Assembly: GCF_006345805.1 (NCBI RefSeq)
Contig: NW_021836290.1
Coordinates: 62,001 to 126,000, forward strand
Reading direction: 5' to 3'
DNA length: 64,000 nt
Source: Octopus sinensis
Taxonomy: Eukaryota
Shown here one piece after another: positions 51,830-63,168 of this stretch. The position numbers and the translations under genes were made by a program. The notes under the pieces are model-generated. The model did not search any database. It saw only the letters and a list, made by a program, of their open reading frames with translations, and was not told the origin of the DNA. Positions within the stretch are counted from its first letter, which is position 1. Each line of letters begins with the position of its first letter.

Positions 51830-54127
51830 TTAGTATTCCTGGCCCAGGGTGTTTAAACTTGGTCTAAATTTTTTTATGAAATATAGTTCTTTATTTTGGC
51901 GTTGTGTGAAGGTTGCGTTGTCACTGAATTTATAGAGCGGGTTAGTTGTAAATTTCGGATTTACATTTCCAGCACATCTATCTATGTGTCCGCTGACCGG
52001 TATTTTGCGGTAATCAGGGTTTCTAATTTGTGATTTATGCACCGCCATCCTGTTACGTAAGCTATTTTTTGTATGGCCTATATACTGCCTATTGCAGCCT
52101 GCGCATGTTATGACGTAAATTAAGTTTTCTGATGCGCAGGTGAAGTTTGTTCTAATGGTGAACTGGTGGCCTTGTTCCAGTATAAATTCTGATCCTTCTT
52201 TCAAGATGACACAGATTCCGCAGTTGGGCCTTCCACATTTTCTAACTGCTGGTTTTGTGGTTGATGTTGAGTGCAGTGTAGCTTGGGTTAAAATCCTTTT
52301 CAAGGATTTTGGTTGCCGTTTACTTTTAATGATGGTGTGTGTTTCGAGGATCCGGTTCATCTTTGGGTCTCCTTTTAGTAGGGCTGTGCTTTGTAGTATG
52401 GTGTTGAAGGCCTCATTGTTGAGTGGGTTGTGTGTAGAGATGTAGGGAAGGGTTTTTAATTGTTCTTTCTTTTTTGGTTTTGTTTGTCTCAGGTCTTCTA
52501 TACTTAATTTAAGTACCCGTTGGATTGCACTGTCTATTAGGGGCTGTGGATAGTTTCTATTTGTGAGTATGGTTCTAAGTTCCTGGAGACGTGTGTGTCG
52601 GGTGTTTGTGTCTGATATTATGGTGCAAATCCTTCTAGCTAAACAAAAATGGACATTCATTCTAGTGTGTCGTGGGTGGCATGAATCAAAGGGTAGGTAC
52701 TGTTTAGAGTCTGTCGGTTTATAGTAGATATCTGTCTCTATTTTGTTGCCGGTTTTCTTAATGAGGATGTCTAAAAATGGTAATTCTTTTTCGTTGTGGT
52801 CCATCGTGAATTGTATATTGTCATTTATTCCATTTAATAGAATTTTAAATTCCTCAAGTTTCTCTATGCCTTTGTCCCAGATGATGAAACAGTCATCGAG
52901 GTATCTTTTCCAGTTGTTATGGATATAGGTGGCGAAGGTGTTTCCATATTTCTCGAGTGTCATCCGGTATAGTATTTTCTCGAGGTATCCCATCACTAGG
53001 TTGGCAAAAGATGGTGCAGTACGCGTGCCCATCGCTGTTCCCGATCTTTGCCTGTAGAAATCATTGTCAAAAATAAAATAATTGTTCTCTAAAATGAATC
53101 TAAGTCCTTCTATTATAAGGTCTTTGTTTATGCGAGTTGGGAGTTCAAAGGGGTAGTTATTCAGCCAGAAGGTGATTGCTTCTATTCCTAGGTTGTGAGG
53201 GATGTTAGAATAAAGATTAACTACGTCGAATGATACTAGAAGGGTTTTCTCATTGACTGTTTTAGGGAGGTGGTTGAGCATATCTATATCGTCTCTTACG
53301 TAGCTTTTGATGTGTTTTAGGAAAGGTTTAAGAAGTGTGTCTAAGAAATTGCTGAGGCGGTGAGTTTCACATGCTGGCCCTGCTATTATCGGTCTTAGTT
53401 TAAGATCATTTGGTGAAGGGATTTTGATGAGTGTGTCGGTGGATGTTTTGCACGTTTCTCTAATGGTTTGGCTTTTGTGTACCTTAGGGATACCATAGAA
53501 CAAACTCGATTTGCATTTGAAGTTAGTGATGTATTCATATTCCTTGTTCGTGAGTCCTTCTTGGTATGTGTTGATTAATGTCCTAAGGTTATGCATTATT
53601 TTTTGCTGGTTATACTGTTGGGCCCTTTCATAATACGTTTCATCTCTTAATAGGGATAGCACTAAATTTTTATAATTGTTTGTATTCATTATTACTATCG
53701 CGTTGCCCTTATCTGCCTCCTTAATTGTTATTGTTTTGTCTTCTCTTAGTTTGATGAGGTCGTTCCATTCTCTTTTGTTGAAGTTAGGGCTGTGTTTTTG
53801 TTTCTTGATGAATTGAAACGGGAAATTAGTTATGTAGTCACAATAGCGGTCTAAGGCTTTATTCTTACCTTTGGTGGGGGTGTAATTGCTCTTGTTTCTA
53901 GCTATTGAGTCCTCCTCTATTTGTTTGTCTTGAAATGCCTCGGTGAGTCTTAGTTTTCTGCAAAATTCCGAAATATCATCTTTCATTTCATAATAATTAG
54001 AACGTTGTGGGGTGGGTGTAAATTTAAGTCCTTTGGAGAGTGTGCTTATTTCGTTAGGTGTAAGTTCTTTGTTTGAGAGATTGATTATCTTAATTACCTG
54101 AGGTTTCTTTTGTTTGTTCTTTGCCAT
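51830..54127 (-). CDS. Penelope-like reverse transcriptase + GIY-YIG endonuclease (765 aa, uninterrupted)
   Basis: IINLS..LSKGLKFTPT, LRPIIAGP, SFDVVNLYSNIP, GTAMGT, RYLDDCF, DIYYKPT, linker CGRPNCGIC, NLIYVITCAGCNRQYIGHT..R..HK. Confidence 0.93.
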   Translation of the reverse strand: MAKNKQKKPQVIKIINLSNKELTPNEISTLSKGLKFTPTPQRSNYYEMKDDISEFCRKLRLTEAFQDKQIEEDSIARNKSNYTPTKGKNKALDRYCDYITNFPFQFIKKQKHSPNFNKREWNDLIKLREDKTITIKEADKGNAIVIMNTNNYKNLVLSLLRDETYYERAQQYNQQKIMHNLRTLINTYQEGLTNKEYEYITNFKCKSSLFYGIPKVHKSQTIRETCKTSTDTLIKIPSPNDLKLRPIIAGPACETHRLSNFLDTLLKPFLKHIKSYVRDDIDMLNHLPKTVNEKTLLVSFDVVNLYSNIPHNLGIEAITFWLNNYPFELPTRINKDLIIEGLRFILENNYFIFDNDFYRQRSGTAMGTRTAPSFANLVMGYLEKILYRMTLEKYGNTFATYIHNNWKRYLDDCFIIWDKGIEKLEEFKILLNGINDNIQFTMDHNEKELPFLDILIKKTGNKIETDIYYKPTDSKQYLPFDSCHPRHTRMNVHFCLARRICTIISDTNTRHTRLQELRTILTNRNYPQPLIDSAIQRVLKLSIEDLRQTKPKKKEQLKTLPYISTHNPLNNEAFNTILQSTALLKGDPKMNRILETHTIIKSKRQPKSLKRILTQATLHSTSTTKPAVRKCGRPNCGICVILKEGSEFILEQGHQFTIRTNFTCASENLIYVITCAGCNRQYIGHTKNSLRNRMAVHKSQIRNPDYRKIPVSGHIDRCAGNVNPKFTTNPLYKFSDNATFTQRQNKELYFIKKFRPSLNTLGQEY

Positions 54128-54738
54128 CGTGTGTCCCTGTTCCTGTGTGTGGGGTCTAAAAAATGGTTGGTGTAGTTATGTTCAAAGCTATTATTTATCT
54201 GTCTCATGTTGTTATAATTGTCAGAGTGAGTTTGTGGTGCTCTGTTCTGGAGTCTGTTGTTGAACCTAGTGTTACGTCTTAGTTCCTCAGGTGTATTGTG
54301 TTGGTAGTTGTTTCCTCCGTAGTGCATTTGTTGTTTGTTATGGTTGTATGGTTGGTTCCTGGGGTGGATGTTTGGTAGTAGCGTTTTGGTTTGGTTATGT
54401 GGGTTGTATTTTATAGTATTGTATGTTATGGCTCTTAGGTTCGTGGAATGGTGTGGTGGGACCCTATAAGTGTTTTGGGGTTGGTGCAGGTAGTGTGGGG
54501 TGCGTTTTAAATGCATTTTTCTGGTGTAGAGTGTGTTTGGATTTCTTGGTGGTTGTTCTGCTCTGTTGGTATGTCTATTTTCGAACTGGTGTGGTGGGCC
54601 TCTGTAGGTGTTTTGGGGTTGGTGTAGGTAGTGTGGGGTGTGTTTTAGGTGTATATATATGTGTATATATATGTGTATATATATATAGTGTAGGAAGAAA
54701 TGGAGCTGAACGAAGACTTAACAAAATTCCTTTTTATT

Positions 54739-54824
54739 ATTTTCTACATATGTTTCAAAGGCTGCAAAGTCCCTAATTCGGATTGAATAAGGAGTCCATT
54801 TTGCAGCCTTCTCTTCAGGAAAAT
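54739..54824 (-). ncRNA. Type I hammerhead ribozyme, inverted copy
   Basis: Exact reverse complement of 57607-57692. Confidence 0.78.
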
Positions 54825-54958
54825 CCAGGAACTTAATTCTCCAACAAAATGCACAGCAAGCTTTTCGACAAACGCTCACGAGGAGCCCATGGAATAAATG
54901 GCACAAACTGTCTGTCAAAATGCGTTGACGCCAGGCTAGGTGAAAGCCGACGTACATT

Positions 54959-57016
54959 TTAGACAAATACATTCCTAGTTTAGTTAATAAGCTTAAGCTT
55001 AACCTTTGGGCGAACTCCTCGCAAGTCGTAAAGTGATTCTCTTCTATCCCTAATAAAAACAGAACTAAGTTCATTCAGTTCGATATTGCTAATTTCTACC
55101 CCTCGATTAACCCTAGTGTACTCAATAAGGCCCTGTGGCATGCACATAATAAGGCAGGCCTCACAAGAGAAGAAATTGATATAATTCTAGTCGCCAGAAA
55201 ATCCTTTATACAGTTTGAAGATAAGTTATGGGTTCGTAAGGATACTCCCAACGAGTTCGATGTACCTATGGGTAGTTCAGATAGCGCCCAGGTTGCCGAT
55301 TTGGTCGGAATCTATATTCTTTATGAATTATCCGACCAATTCCCGGACATCGGAGGCGGCCTATATCGTGACGATTGTCTGTTTTACTTACAGAACAACC
55401 CGAATAGAATGATACAGAAAACTAAAAATAGATTAGCTAGGTTCTTTAATAGAATGGGCATGAGCATAGTCTTTGATAACGAACTTACCAAGGTAAATTT
55501 CTTAGATGTCACACTAGACCTGCATAGCGATTCGTACTGCCCCTACCACAAACCTTCCACTAACTTAAAGTATGTCAGTGTTTTCTCTAACCACGCAAAA
55601 ACTATAACAGACAATTTGGTTAAAAAAATTTCTCAAAGATTAACTAATTTGTCTGCTAACGTCGACATTTTTAGGCAGAAAGCGGAATTTTATAATGCCG
55701 CCCTGTCAAAAGCCGGTTATAGGGAGAAGGTAGCATATATAGACCCGGCCCTTCCGAAACCAGCATTCTATCATCAGGATAAGGCAAGTTACAATAACAT
55801 AAATAATATAAGTAGTGATGGTAGCCTGAGGAATGCCGATACAAGTACAACTAGCATAAATATAGATAACATAAATAATTTGCGGTCCAGGGGAGGCCAT
55901 AGTAAGCCAAAACCCATTATTCAACCCAGAGATACCCACCTTAATGTTAGAGATGACTCCCCGAGCCAGTACAAGAACAGGAAAAACTATATTTGGTTTG
56001 TAATTCCCTTTGGTAAACAAATAAGATCTAACCTACCGTTGCAGTTTCGCCAAGCAATTGCCAGAAATTTTCCCAGAAATTCGAGATATTTCTCCACTGT
56101 AAATTCACACAAAGTTAGGATAGCCTTCTCCAATACTAAAAATCTTTCACAGATAATTTCCTCCCATAACAATAAGCTGCTAAATAAGACCCTCTCACCC
56201 ATGAGCGGAGACTCTGCTCCGTCTAATTCCAACATAACACGCAGTAATAATAATAATAATAATAATAATAGTACTGGCACAGATATTAGCAACCTCCATA
56301 CCAACATTGGTGTTAGTAATAGTAATAAGGATAAGAGCAATGATCTCGTCATTAACGTAAGTAATGGTAATAAGGATAAGAGCACTGATCTAGTCATTAA
56401 TGTAGGGAGTCCCAACAACAATATTAGCAGCGGTTTTAACAACAGTAGCATTACGGACATTAGCAATCACAGCATTCACAGTAGCTGGGAGCATGCAGAT
56501 GATATTGTATTAAATAGTAATGATAATGGGGTGAATAATATCGAATCCAGCGGTAGTTTTTACAATCATCATAGTAATAAGAACGCTGTATTAATATCGG
56601 AAACCAATCCCAATAGAATAAGGTTCTTATCTAGTAACTCCAAGATTAGAAACGCCATTTACCAGTGCAGAGTTTATACTGATTCAGATGTCTACATGTA
56701 TATCTGAGCTTCATCATCGAAATTGGCTGTTAGAATATCGAATCATTTTTCCACGTTTCGTGATGAGGAAAAGAAACACGCTACGGGACTAAGTAAATTA
56801 GTCTGGCGTTTGAAGAACGCGAATTCAAATTTTAGACTGGAATGGTCAATTTTATCGGTGTCTATACCGTTTGATAAAGGCAAAAAAATCTGTGCTCTTT
56901 GCAACTCGGAACTCTTTCATATTCTGTTCGCCCGAGGGCACCTTGTTAACTCGATTGTGCAAAATTCTTTCAGATGCACACACTGGAAACGGCATACATT
57001 TCTTTCATACCAGTGA
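54959..57016 (+). pseudogene. Penelope-like RT-GIY-YIG reading frame with two in-frame TGA stops
   Basis: One frame throughout: QFDIANFYPSI, FDVPMGSSD, GLYRDD, NFLDVTLDL, then IYQCRV..YI*, NH, LSKLVW.LK, CALC, RCTH. TGA at 55034-55036 (Trp position) and 56705-56707 (Gly of YIG). Confidence 0.85.
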
Positions 57017-57606
57017 AGTCTAATATAGTTAACCCCTTGATTTCCTAAGAAAATGAAAAAAATTTTGAATTAAATTAGTAAGGGGATATCACTCCCCTGT
57101 TTAGTGTAAGAACTGCTAGTTATCTAGAACTGCTGTCAGGGATGTCACGGTATCCTGCCATGACCATTGTTGACACCCCCTCTCTCTCTATCAACTGGTT
57201 ACAGACGAACACATAGACACAGTTTTTTCTGTTGCTTGACCATTGATATCTGCTGTATCTCTCTCCCTTGCTCCCTTCTAAACACACTGCCACACATACA
57301 TAGACGCATACACACATACATGAATGCAACTTCTCACATTCAAACACGCTAGCACTCATTCTTAAAACAATTCAAATATTAACGCCAGTCATACAGAATA
57401 CGTACACACTCTTTGTTTTTCCTGTACTCCCCCTCTGTTAACCGGATTTTGACCTTGAATTATCTCAACGGACCTTTTCGTCGGCTTTCACCTAGCCTGG
57501 CGTCAACGCATTTTGACAGACTGTTTGTGCCATTTATTCCATGGGCTCCTCGTGAGCGTTTGTCGAAAAACTTGCTGTGCATTTTGTTGGAGAATTAAGT
57601 TCCTGG

Positions 57607-57692
57607 ATTTTCCTGAAGAGAAGGCTGCAAAATGGACTCCTTATTCAATCCGAATTAGGGACTTTGCAGCCTTTGAAACATATGTAGAAAAT
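57607..57692 (+). ncRNA. Type I hammerhead ribozyme in the PLE pseudo-LTR
   Basis: Stem I ATTTTC/GAAAAT; core CUGAAGA (57613-57619); 12-bp stem II GAAGGCTGCAAA/TTTGCAGCCTTT; GAAA; palindromic mini stem III ACATATGT; GUA cleavage triplet ending at 57686. Confidence 0.8.
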
Positions 57693-57980
57693 AATAAAAA
57701 GGAATTTTGTTAAGTCTTCGTTCAGCTCCATTTCTTCCTACACTAAATATATAAAACTTCAAATTTCCGCACTAAGGCACGGATTTTAGACCCCATGGTC
57801 GTAACCTCCACCGTGCTTTTTCTGTTGTGATTTTTGCTACCCAGGTATCGGTTATCATTTGAATAATCCGTAATAAGATAATTCATTTATCTACTATATA
57901 TATATGTATGTATACCGGAGTAAACACATAAATGTGAAACAAGGTGGAAAAAAGAGTACTCAAATACCAGTGGTAGAGTA

Positions 57981-58135
57981 ATATGCTTTATTTAAAGCAG
58001 CAGAAAATTCAACAAAACCTGTTACTCTGAGTTTCCCGTTGCCGTTCATCGGACAGTTTTTGCTAGATGAACGGCAATGGGAAACTCAGAGTAACAGGTT
58101 TTGTTGAATTTTCTGTTGCTTTAAATAAAGTATAT
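57981..58135. repeat. 70-bp-arm foldback hairpin, probably PLE-derived
   Basis: 57981-58050 pairs with 58066-58135, with 3 mismatches and a 15-nt loop. Confidence 0.9.
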
Positions 58136-58171
58136 GCATGTATATATATATATGTATGTATATATATATAT

Positions 58172-58860
58172 ACAGCAATAACATATCTTCTCCACTACGA
58201 TTTCCTAAAACTTGAGAACTACACAACCAATTTCATTCAAATTTTACACATGCCTTACTTAGGGTCCATGTAGTTTCATGAGCAAAAAACGTTCAACTTC
58301 TTGCCTAGAGCGAGCTCATAGCAATATATCTTCTCCACTATTTCAGTATTACGTGTTAAAAGAAAAACAAAAATATTTCTCTTTTTTTATGTCAGATGCT
58401 TTCACTTTAACAATAAAAATAATAATAACAATTGAATTATATGTAGTAAGTAATAATTAAAATCAAACTAAAGTATAATATAAGTAGAAATAGCAATTGG
58501 TATAAAATTGCATCAATGATTTGAACTTGAATAAGTGGTTTCACATGAATGGGAATTAAATTAAAAATAAAATTAGCGTGCAGAAATGGAATAGTCCAGA
58601 TGGATAATAAAAAAATGAAATTAAAGAAAAGACTATTGTCTATAAAGTATACAATGTAGAGAAAAAAGAAGAGCTAACAATTCCAGTCTGTTATATATTT
58701 TGCGTATTGCTATCACTAGCGAAATCAAGATATAACTTTGTATTTTGCATTTTATGTGTAGATGTATATATATAGATGTACATGTAATATGTACACATAT
58801 ATATACACATATATACATGCACTTGCACTATGACCCGGCAACGACGGGTCTTTAATGCTA

Positions 58861-58861
<1 letters not shown>
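58172..58861 (+). mobile_element. Non-autonomous Helitron with canonical 3' end
   Basis: Hairpin gacccggcaacgacgggtc (58832-58850), then tttaatgCTAG|T. Body matches 3370-3560, 39100-39170 and the reverse complement of 38230-38390. Confidence 0.8.
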
Positions 58862-58925
<64 letters not shown>

Positions 58926-59793
58926 CATATGTATATGTATATATATGTGCATGTATATGTGTATATATATGTATATATATGTATATATATATGTATATAT
59001 GTATATGTATATATGTATATGTATGTATATATATATGTATATGTATATATATATATATGTATATGTATCTATATATATGTATATATATATATATATGTAT
59101 AAATATATGCATGTATGTATATATGTATGTATAAATATATGTATGTATATATGTATGTATGTATATATATATATATATACATACATATATTTAGTCAGGT
59201 CTCCGCTTGGAGCTACTGGTAACATGTAACCCAGTACAACCTGTTACATGGTCGGGTCGTTGGCGACTAAACTGGCAACCCCACCAAGATTTCTTGGTGA
59301 GGAGGGTGATTTGGACATCCAGCAGGACTAAAAACAAAACCTGTCAAAGGGCAGAGGAACTCTCTCATGAGTCAATGGCCATCCAAAATCCGGAGTGGAG
59401 CCCCTAAGGCGGTTGGATTGCGCCATGCGTGCCACCTTCCGGCAGCTCCTGCATCTTGGTCTACCCCAGTCGTCTTGACTTTGTCTTGCCACTGGATTCG
59501 GCGCACCAGGACGAGAGAGTGAGGCTGATCCTGCGCAAGTCACCCTCACTATAATCCAATTCACGCGCATGTCACGACATCATGACGTTATGACACCATC
59601 CCAAAGTCCTGTGGCGATGGGGAAACGGCGAAGTAGCAGGTGAGGATACACTGGGAGCTGCAGTCGTGAACCCACACACAGGCGGCTCAGGACATGTGGT
59701 CGCCCCTCACTGAACTGAGGCAGCAGTGGAGTCCGGCAGCCTGCTGAGTGACCGAGCAGCCCTCTTCAGGATCGCTCTGCTCGCCTCCCCAGC

Positions 59794-59868
59794 ATGAGGA
59801 CGGGGCTAGAAAAGGTTGCCCTAAACATAGCCTGCCTCACCTCACCCTGGTCAGCAAACCGCGGCTGA
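59794..59868 (+). CDS. 24-codon upstream ORF in frame with the RTE APE-RT ORF
   Basis: ATG 59794: MRTGLEKVALNIACLTSPWSANRG, TGA 59866-59868, then CGG and an open frame to 63129. Confidence 0.55.
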   Translation: MRTGLEKVALNIACLTSPWSANRG

Positions 59869-62800
59869 CGGGGATCCTTTCCAAGCGGTCGAAACAAAGA
59901 AAGAAGAAAACAAACAAAGGTGCTCACTTTCGCAACTTGGAACGTGAGAACTCTGCTTGACAACACCAAAGCGGACAGACCAGAGAGACGAACTGCCCTG
60001 GTGGCCAGAGAACTGAGCCGATACAATGTCGATATTGCAGCACTGAGCGAGACCCGCCTTGCGGACAAAGGCCAGCTGACAGAGACAGGCGGCGGCTATA
60101 CTTTCTTTTGGAGTGGTCGCAGCAGCGAAGAGCGTCGTGAGGCTGGTGTTGGTTTTGCCATTAAGTCAGTACACGTGCGGAAACTGGAAAGCCCCCCCCC
60201 CGAGGGTATCAACGATCGGCTGATGAAGATGCAGCTCCCACTTGGAAACAAGACTAGTGCGACCATCATCAGTGCTTACGCCCCCACCATGACCAACCCT
60301 GAAGAAGTTAAGGACAGGTTCTATGAGGAACTCGACTCCCTCATCACGTCAGCCCAGCCTGGGAGGCTCATCCTCCTTGGGGATTTTAACGCCCGTGTCG
60401 GGACTGACCACCAAGCCTGGCATCGCGTACTGGGAAAGCAAGGAATCGGAAAGTGCAACAGCAACGGACAGCTCCTCCTGCGTGCGTGTGCCTCTCATGA
60501 TCTTACCATCGCCAACACCTTGTTCCGTCTGCCAACACGCAACAAGACATCATGGATGCATCCACGCTCCAAACATTGGCATCTGATAGATTACGTCATC
60601 GTCAGGGCGAAAGACAGGCGGGACGTGAAACTGGTCAAAGCCATGTGCGGAGCTGACTGCTGGACGGACCATCGCCTCATCATCTCCAGGATGGATTTCT
60701 ACATCCGACCTAAGAGAAGACCACAGGGTCAGAAAGTGACGAGGGAGCTTAACATCACGAAATTAAAGAACCAGCTGACTGCACAAGATCTCCAGTCACG
60801 TATGGACAGCAAGCTGTTGGACATTCGGAGTGATCAGTCCAGCATCGATGAGCAGTGGGAATCATTCAGGGACACGGTTCATTCCATCGCCCTTGAAACT
60901 CTGGGCCAAGTTACGAGGAACCACCAGGACCGGTTCGACGAAAACGACCAGGAAATCCAAAAGCTCCTGGAAGAGAAACGCCGTCTGCTGTGGGCTCACC
61001 AAAATGACACCACCTGCACGACAAAGAAGGCCGCTTTCAACAACATTCGCAGCACAGTCCAGGCTAAACTCCGCCTCATGCAAGACGCATGGTTAAGCGC
61101 CAAGGCGGATGAGATTCAGGGATACACAGACAAACACGACACCAAGAAATTCTACGAGGCGCTGAAAGCTGTCTATGGACCGCAGTTCTCCTTTGGATCA
61201 ACCCCCCTGCTCAGCTCGGATGGAACCTCACTCCTGACTAACAAGAGGCTGATCCTGGAGAGATGGGCGGAGCATTTCAACATCGTGCTCAACCGACCAG
61301 CCCAGATCAACGAGGAAGCCATCGCACGACTCCCCCAGGTGCCGACATACCACGAGTTGGCTGTTCCCCCTGCAGTCGAGGAAGTGAGCAGAGCCATCAA
61401 AAAAATGTCCACCGGCAAAGCTCCAGGCTCTGACGCCATCCCTGCAGAGGTGTTCAAGTCGGGCGGCCCCACCATGATCAGTCAGCTCACCAGCCTGTTC
61501 CAGTTGATGTGGGACAGGGAACAACTCCCTCAAGATTTCCGGGACGCAACAATCGTCCACATTTATAAGCGGAAAGGAGATCGGCAGTCCTGCAACAACC
61601 ACCGAGGTATCTCCCTCTTGTCCATAGCAGGCAAGATCCTGGCCCGGGTCCTGCTTGACCGCCTTCTGGAACACTTGGAGCAAGGCCTTCTCCCTGAGAG
61701 CCAGTGTGGATTCCGCGCGGATCGAGGGACCACTGACATGATATTCGCCGCCCGCCAGCTCCAGGAGAAATGCATGGAGCAGCACCTTGACCTCTGCATG
61801 ACCTTTGTTGACCTCACCAAGGCCTTTGATACAGTCAGTCGGGAGGGACTATGGAAGGTCATGGGAAAATTTGGTTGCCCCAGCAAATTTATTGCAATTG
61901 TCCGCCAGTTCCACGACGGAATGACAGTCAGAGTCCTTGAAGACGGCAACTCATCTGAAGCCTTCCAGGTGACCAACGGAGTCAGGCAGGGCTGTGTCCT
62001 GGCCCCAACACTGTTCAGCATCATGTTCTCGGCAATGCTGTCCGACGCCTTTAGGGACTGCAAGTCCGGTATCGACATCAAGTACAGGACAGACGGGAAA
62101 CTTTTCAACTCCAGAAGATTGCAGGCTGTCACAAAGGTGAGGGGGACAGTCGTCAGAGACTTTCTCTTTGCTGACGACTGCGCCCTTAATGCAATCGATG
62201 AGCAGGAGATGCAGCTCGAGATGGACAGGTTCTCATCAGCCTGTGACAACTTCGGTCTCACCATCAGTGCCAAGAAAACCGAAGTGATGTTTCAGCCAGC
62301 CCCCGGCAAACAATACCATGAGCCTCAGATAAGGGTGAACGGACGGATCCTACGAGTGGTGGAAAACTTCACCTACCTGGGCAGCACTCTCTCCTGCAAT
62401 GCCAACATAGATGCTGAAACCATCAACAGAATCTCCAAGGCAAGCAGCGCGTTTGGGAGACGACTGCGAAAGAAAGTCTGGGAGCGGAGAGGAATCAGCC
62501 TCAACACCAAGCTGAAAGTCTACCGGGCAGTCGTGCTTACCACCCTACTATACGGCTGCGAGACGTGGACTGCTTACCGAAGGCACGAGCGCCAGATAAA
62601 CCACTTCCATCTCAGGTGTCTTCGGAACCTCCTTCACATCCGCTGGCAGGACAAAGTCCCAGACACGGAAGTTCTGAAGCAGGCAGATCTCCCTAGCACC
62701 ATCACAATCATGCGCAAGGCCCAGCTGAGATGGGCGGGCCACGTCTCCCGCATGTCCGACACTCGCATCCCAAAACAGCTCTTCTACGGTGAACTCGGCC

Positions 62801-63129
62801 AGGGCAGGCGCAAAGTCGGAGGGCAGAAGAAGCGCTACAAGGATAGTCTCAAGGTCTCTCTCAAAGACTTCTCCATCGGAACAGAGACCTGGGAGACACT
62901 TGCTGCCAACCGCTCATCCTGGCGCAGCGCAATCACCGTGGGAGCAGGGACAGCCGAGGAGGAACGGATTCGGTCAGCGGAGCAGAAACGTCAGATGCGT
63001 AAAGACAGAGCCGCCTGCACCAGTAGCACGGCCCCTACCCACTTCTGCCCCACCTGTGGGAGGGGCTTCCTTGCCCGGATTGGCCTCACCAGCCACCTCA
63101 GGTCTCATGGCGGCAGTTCCATCAGATGA
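59869..63129 (+). CDS. RTE APE endonuclease-reverse transcriptase with C-terminal C2H2 finger (>=1069 aa)
   Basis: [36 protein letters not shown] (APE); [33 protein letters not shown] (RT); [21 protein letters not shown]. No ATG before the first APE motifs within this open frame. Confidence 0.95.
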   Translation, partial: RGSFPSGRNKERRKQTKVLTFATWNVRTLLDNTKADRPERRTALVARELSRYNVDIAALSETRLADKGQLTETGGGYTFFWSGRSSEERREAGVGFAIKSVHVRKLESPPPEGINDRLMKMQLPLGNKTSATIISAYAPTMTNPEEVKDRFYEELDSLITSAQPGRLILLGDFNARVGTDHQAWHRVLGKQGIGKCNSNGQLLLRACASHDLTIANTLFRLPTRNKTSWMHPRSKHWHLIDYVIVRAKDRRDVKLVKAMCGADCWTDHRLIISRMDFYIRPKRRPQGQKVTRELNITKLKNQLTAQDLQSRMDSKLLDIRSDQSSIDEQWESFRDTVHSIALETLGQVTRNHQDRFDENDQEIQKLLEEKRRLLWAHQNDTTCTTKKAAFNNIRSTVQAKLRLMQDAWLSAKADEIQGYTDKHDTKKFYEALKAVYGPQFSFGSTPLLSSDGTSLLTNKRLILERWAEHFNIVLNRPAQINEEAIARLPQVPTYHELAVPPAVEEVSRAIKKMSTGKAPGSDAIPAEVFKSGGPTMISQLTSLFQLMWDREQLPQDFRDATIVHIYKRKGDRQSCNNHRGISLLSIAGKILARVLLDRLLEHLEQGLLPESQCGFRADRGTTDMIFAARQLQEKCMEQHLDLCMTFVDLTKAFDTVSREGLWKVMGKFGCPSKFIAIVRQFHDGMTVRVLEDGNSSEAFQVTNGVRQGCVLAPTLFSIMFSAMLSDAFRDCKSGIDIKYRTDGKLFNSRRLQAVTKVRGTVVRDFLFADDCALNAIDEQEMQLEMDRFSSACDNFGLTISAKKTEVMFQPAPGKQYHEPQIRVNGRILRVVENFTYLGSTLSCNANIDAETINRISKASSAFGRRLRKKVWERRGISLNTKLKVYRAVVLTTLLYGCETWTAYRRHERQINHFHLRCLRNLLHIRWQDKVPDTEVLKQADLPSTITIMRKAQLRWAGHVSRMSDTRIPKQLFYGELGQGRRKVGGQKKRYKDSLKVSLKDFSIGTETWETLAANRSSWRSAITVGAGTAEEERIRSAEQKRQMRKDRAACTSSTAPTHFCPTCGRGFLARIGLTSHLRSHGGSSIR

Positions 63130-63168
63130 TGTCAGTTGGTCATCTTCGAGCCGAAGGACGAACATTAT

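Larger units (their letters stand above)
50900..54652 (-). mobile_element. Penelope-like element 1 (Neptune-like)
   Basis: Contains an intact RT-GIY-YIG ORF, an upstream N/Q/H-rich ORF (54094-54516) and a long 3' region with repeated motifs; ends are approximate. Confidence 0.85.
54686..57745 (+). mobile_element. Penelope-like element 2, 5'-truncated, bounded by 267-bp inverted pseudo-LTR copies
   Basis: 54686-54952 is the reverse complement of 57479-57745 (2 mismatches seen); internal RT and GIY-YIG on the plus strand. Clade tentatively Hydra-like, which needs a phylogeny. Confidence 0.85.

Noticed and set aside
55034-56707. Two in-frame TGA codons in PLE2 as possible selenocysteine recoding (as reported for some Naiad elements)
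   Set aside because: They fall at positions expected to be Trp (TGG) and the Gly of YIG (GGA), one substitution away, not at Cys positions. No SECIS was identified. Ordinary nonsense mutations are more likely.
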